Source: Candidatus Woesearchaeota archaeon (GTDB lineage: Archaea; Nanobdellota; Nanobdellia; SCGC-AAA011-G17; PNOQ01). From it: a DNA stretch of 49,265 nucleotides. The notes beneath the pieces are model-generated. The model saw nothing but the letters and a program-made list of their open reading frames with translations. It did no database searches and was not told the origin of the DNA. The DNA lies in assembly GCA_018693795.1 (NCBI GenBank), contig JABHMJ010000010.1, positions 1 through 49,265 of the forward strand. The letters are read 5' to 3'. Below are positions 48,970-49,265 of this stretch, one piece after another (position 1 is the first letter of the stretch; every line of letters starts with the position of its first letter). Made by a program: the position numbers and the translations under genes.

Positions 48970-49265
48970 CTACTAAACAACCATTTAACCCAATCATCTA
49001 TTCCTTCATAACTAGAAGAAGAAGAAAATGGAGGTCCAAACAATACATCTCCAACTGCAACCCAATAATTGCCACCAGGTACAAACATAGAAACTGGACT
49101 ATAAACAAACTCTCCATCAAAAACAGAAGCTGCAAATCCATTTCCTGAAATAGTATTATTCACAGTAAATAAATTCCAAGTATTATCAATTAATGAATAT
49201 TCAGAACTAACTGGATTTCCACTTAAAACAATGCTTTGATCACTAAGAGAATAAACATAATATCC
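48966..49265 (-). CDS. 3' end of a larger surface protein (starts outside the window) carrying the C-terminal domain shared with 40594 and 43117
   Basis: Frame is open to the edge: GYYVYSLSDQSIVLSG...WNL...YWVAVGDVLFGPP...WVKWLFSS, matching GYIVYSTSDQSILFNG...WNL...YWVYTG. Confidence 0.85.
   Translation of the reverse strand, partial: GYYVYSLSDQSIVLSGNPVSSEYSLIDNTWNLFTVNNTISGNGFAASVFDGEFVYSPVSMFVPGGNYWVAVGDVLFGPPFSSSSSYEGIDDWVKWLFSS

Noticed and set aside
1-49265. Diversity-generating retroelement explaining the duplicated segments
   Set aside because: No reverse transcriptase in the window, and both copies of the long duplications lie within intact genes rather than forming a template/variable pair

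Overview
AT-rich, gene-dense window from a small-genome archaeon, most likely DPANN (Woesearchaeota/Pacearchaeota-like). This is inferred from the archaeal-type pheS/pheT, trpS, aCPSF1-psmB, class I CCA-adding enzyme, TrmB, a fragmentary Dph2, an AsnB-domain-Dph6 fusion, and BRE-TATA promoters with many leaderless genes. Housekeeping islands and an intronless tRNA-Trp are interleaved with short orphan ORFs and many modular secreted or membrane-anchored proteins (LamG, beta-helix, GH32/43-like propeller, metalloprotease, phosphoesterase, mini-RHS, Cys-rich modules). Two large genes run off the window edges and are missing or truncated in the ORF track. Best candidates for undescribed biology: (1) a four-gene operon at 4646-7571 that looks like a donor-strand/WxL-type surface filament; (2) two short motifs, [ILFY]TGxA and [LF][SAG]P, recurring at anchor/payload boundaries of many surface proteins and suggesting a dedicated processing or sorting code, with a GxGD protease and an S26 peptidase in the window; (3) a shuffled kit of Cys-rich modules, including beta-defensin-like and knottin-like patterns; (4) a structured ~52-bp direct repeat bracketing a 3.8-kb accessory block; (5) a local, symmetric inversion of strand bias centred near 33175. 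No CRISPR array, rRNA, integrase, transposase or reverse transcriptase was seen. All calls are by-eye motif recognition; no database searches were run.
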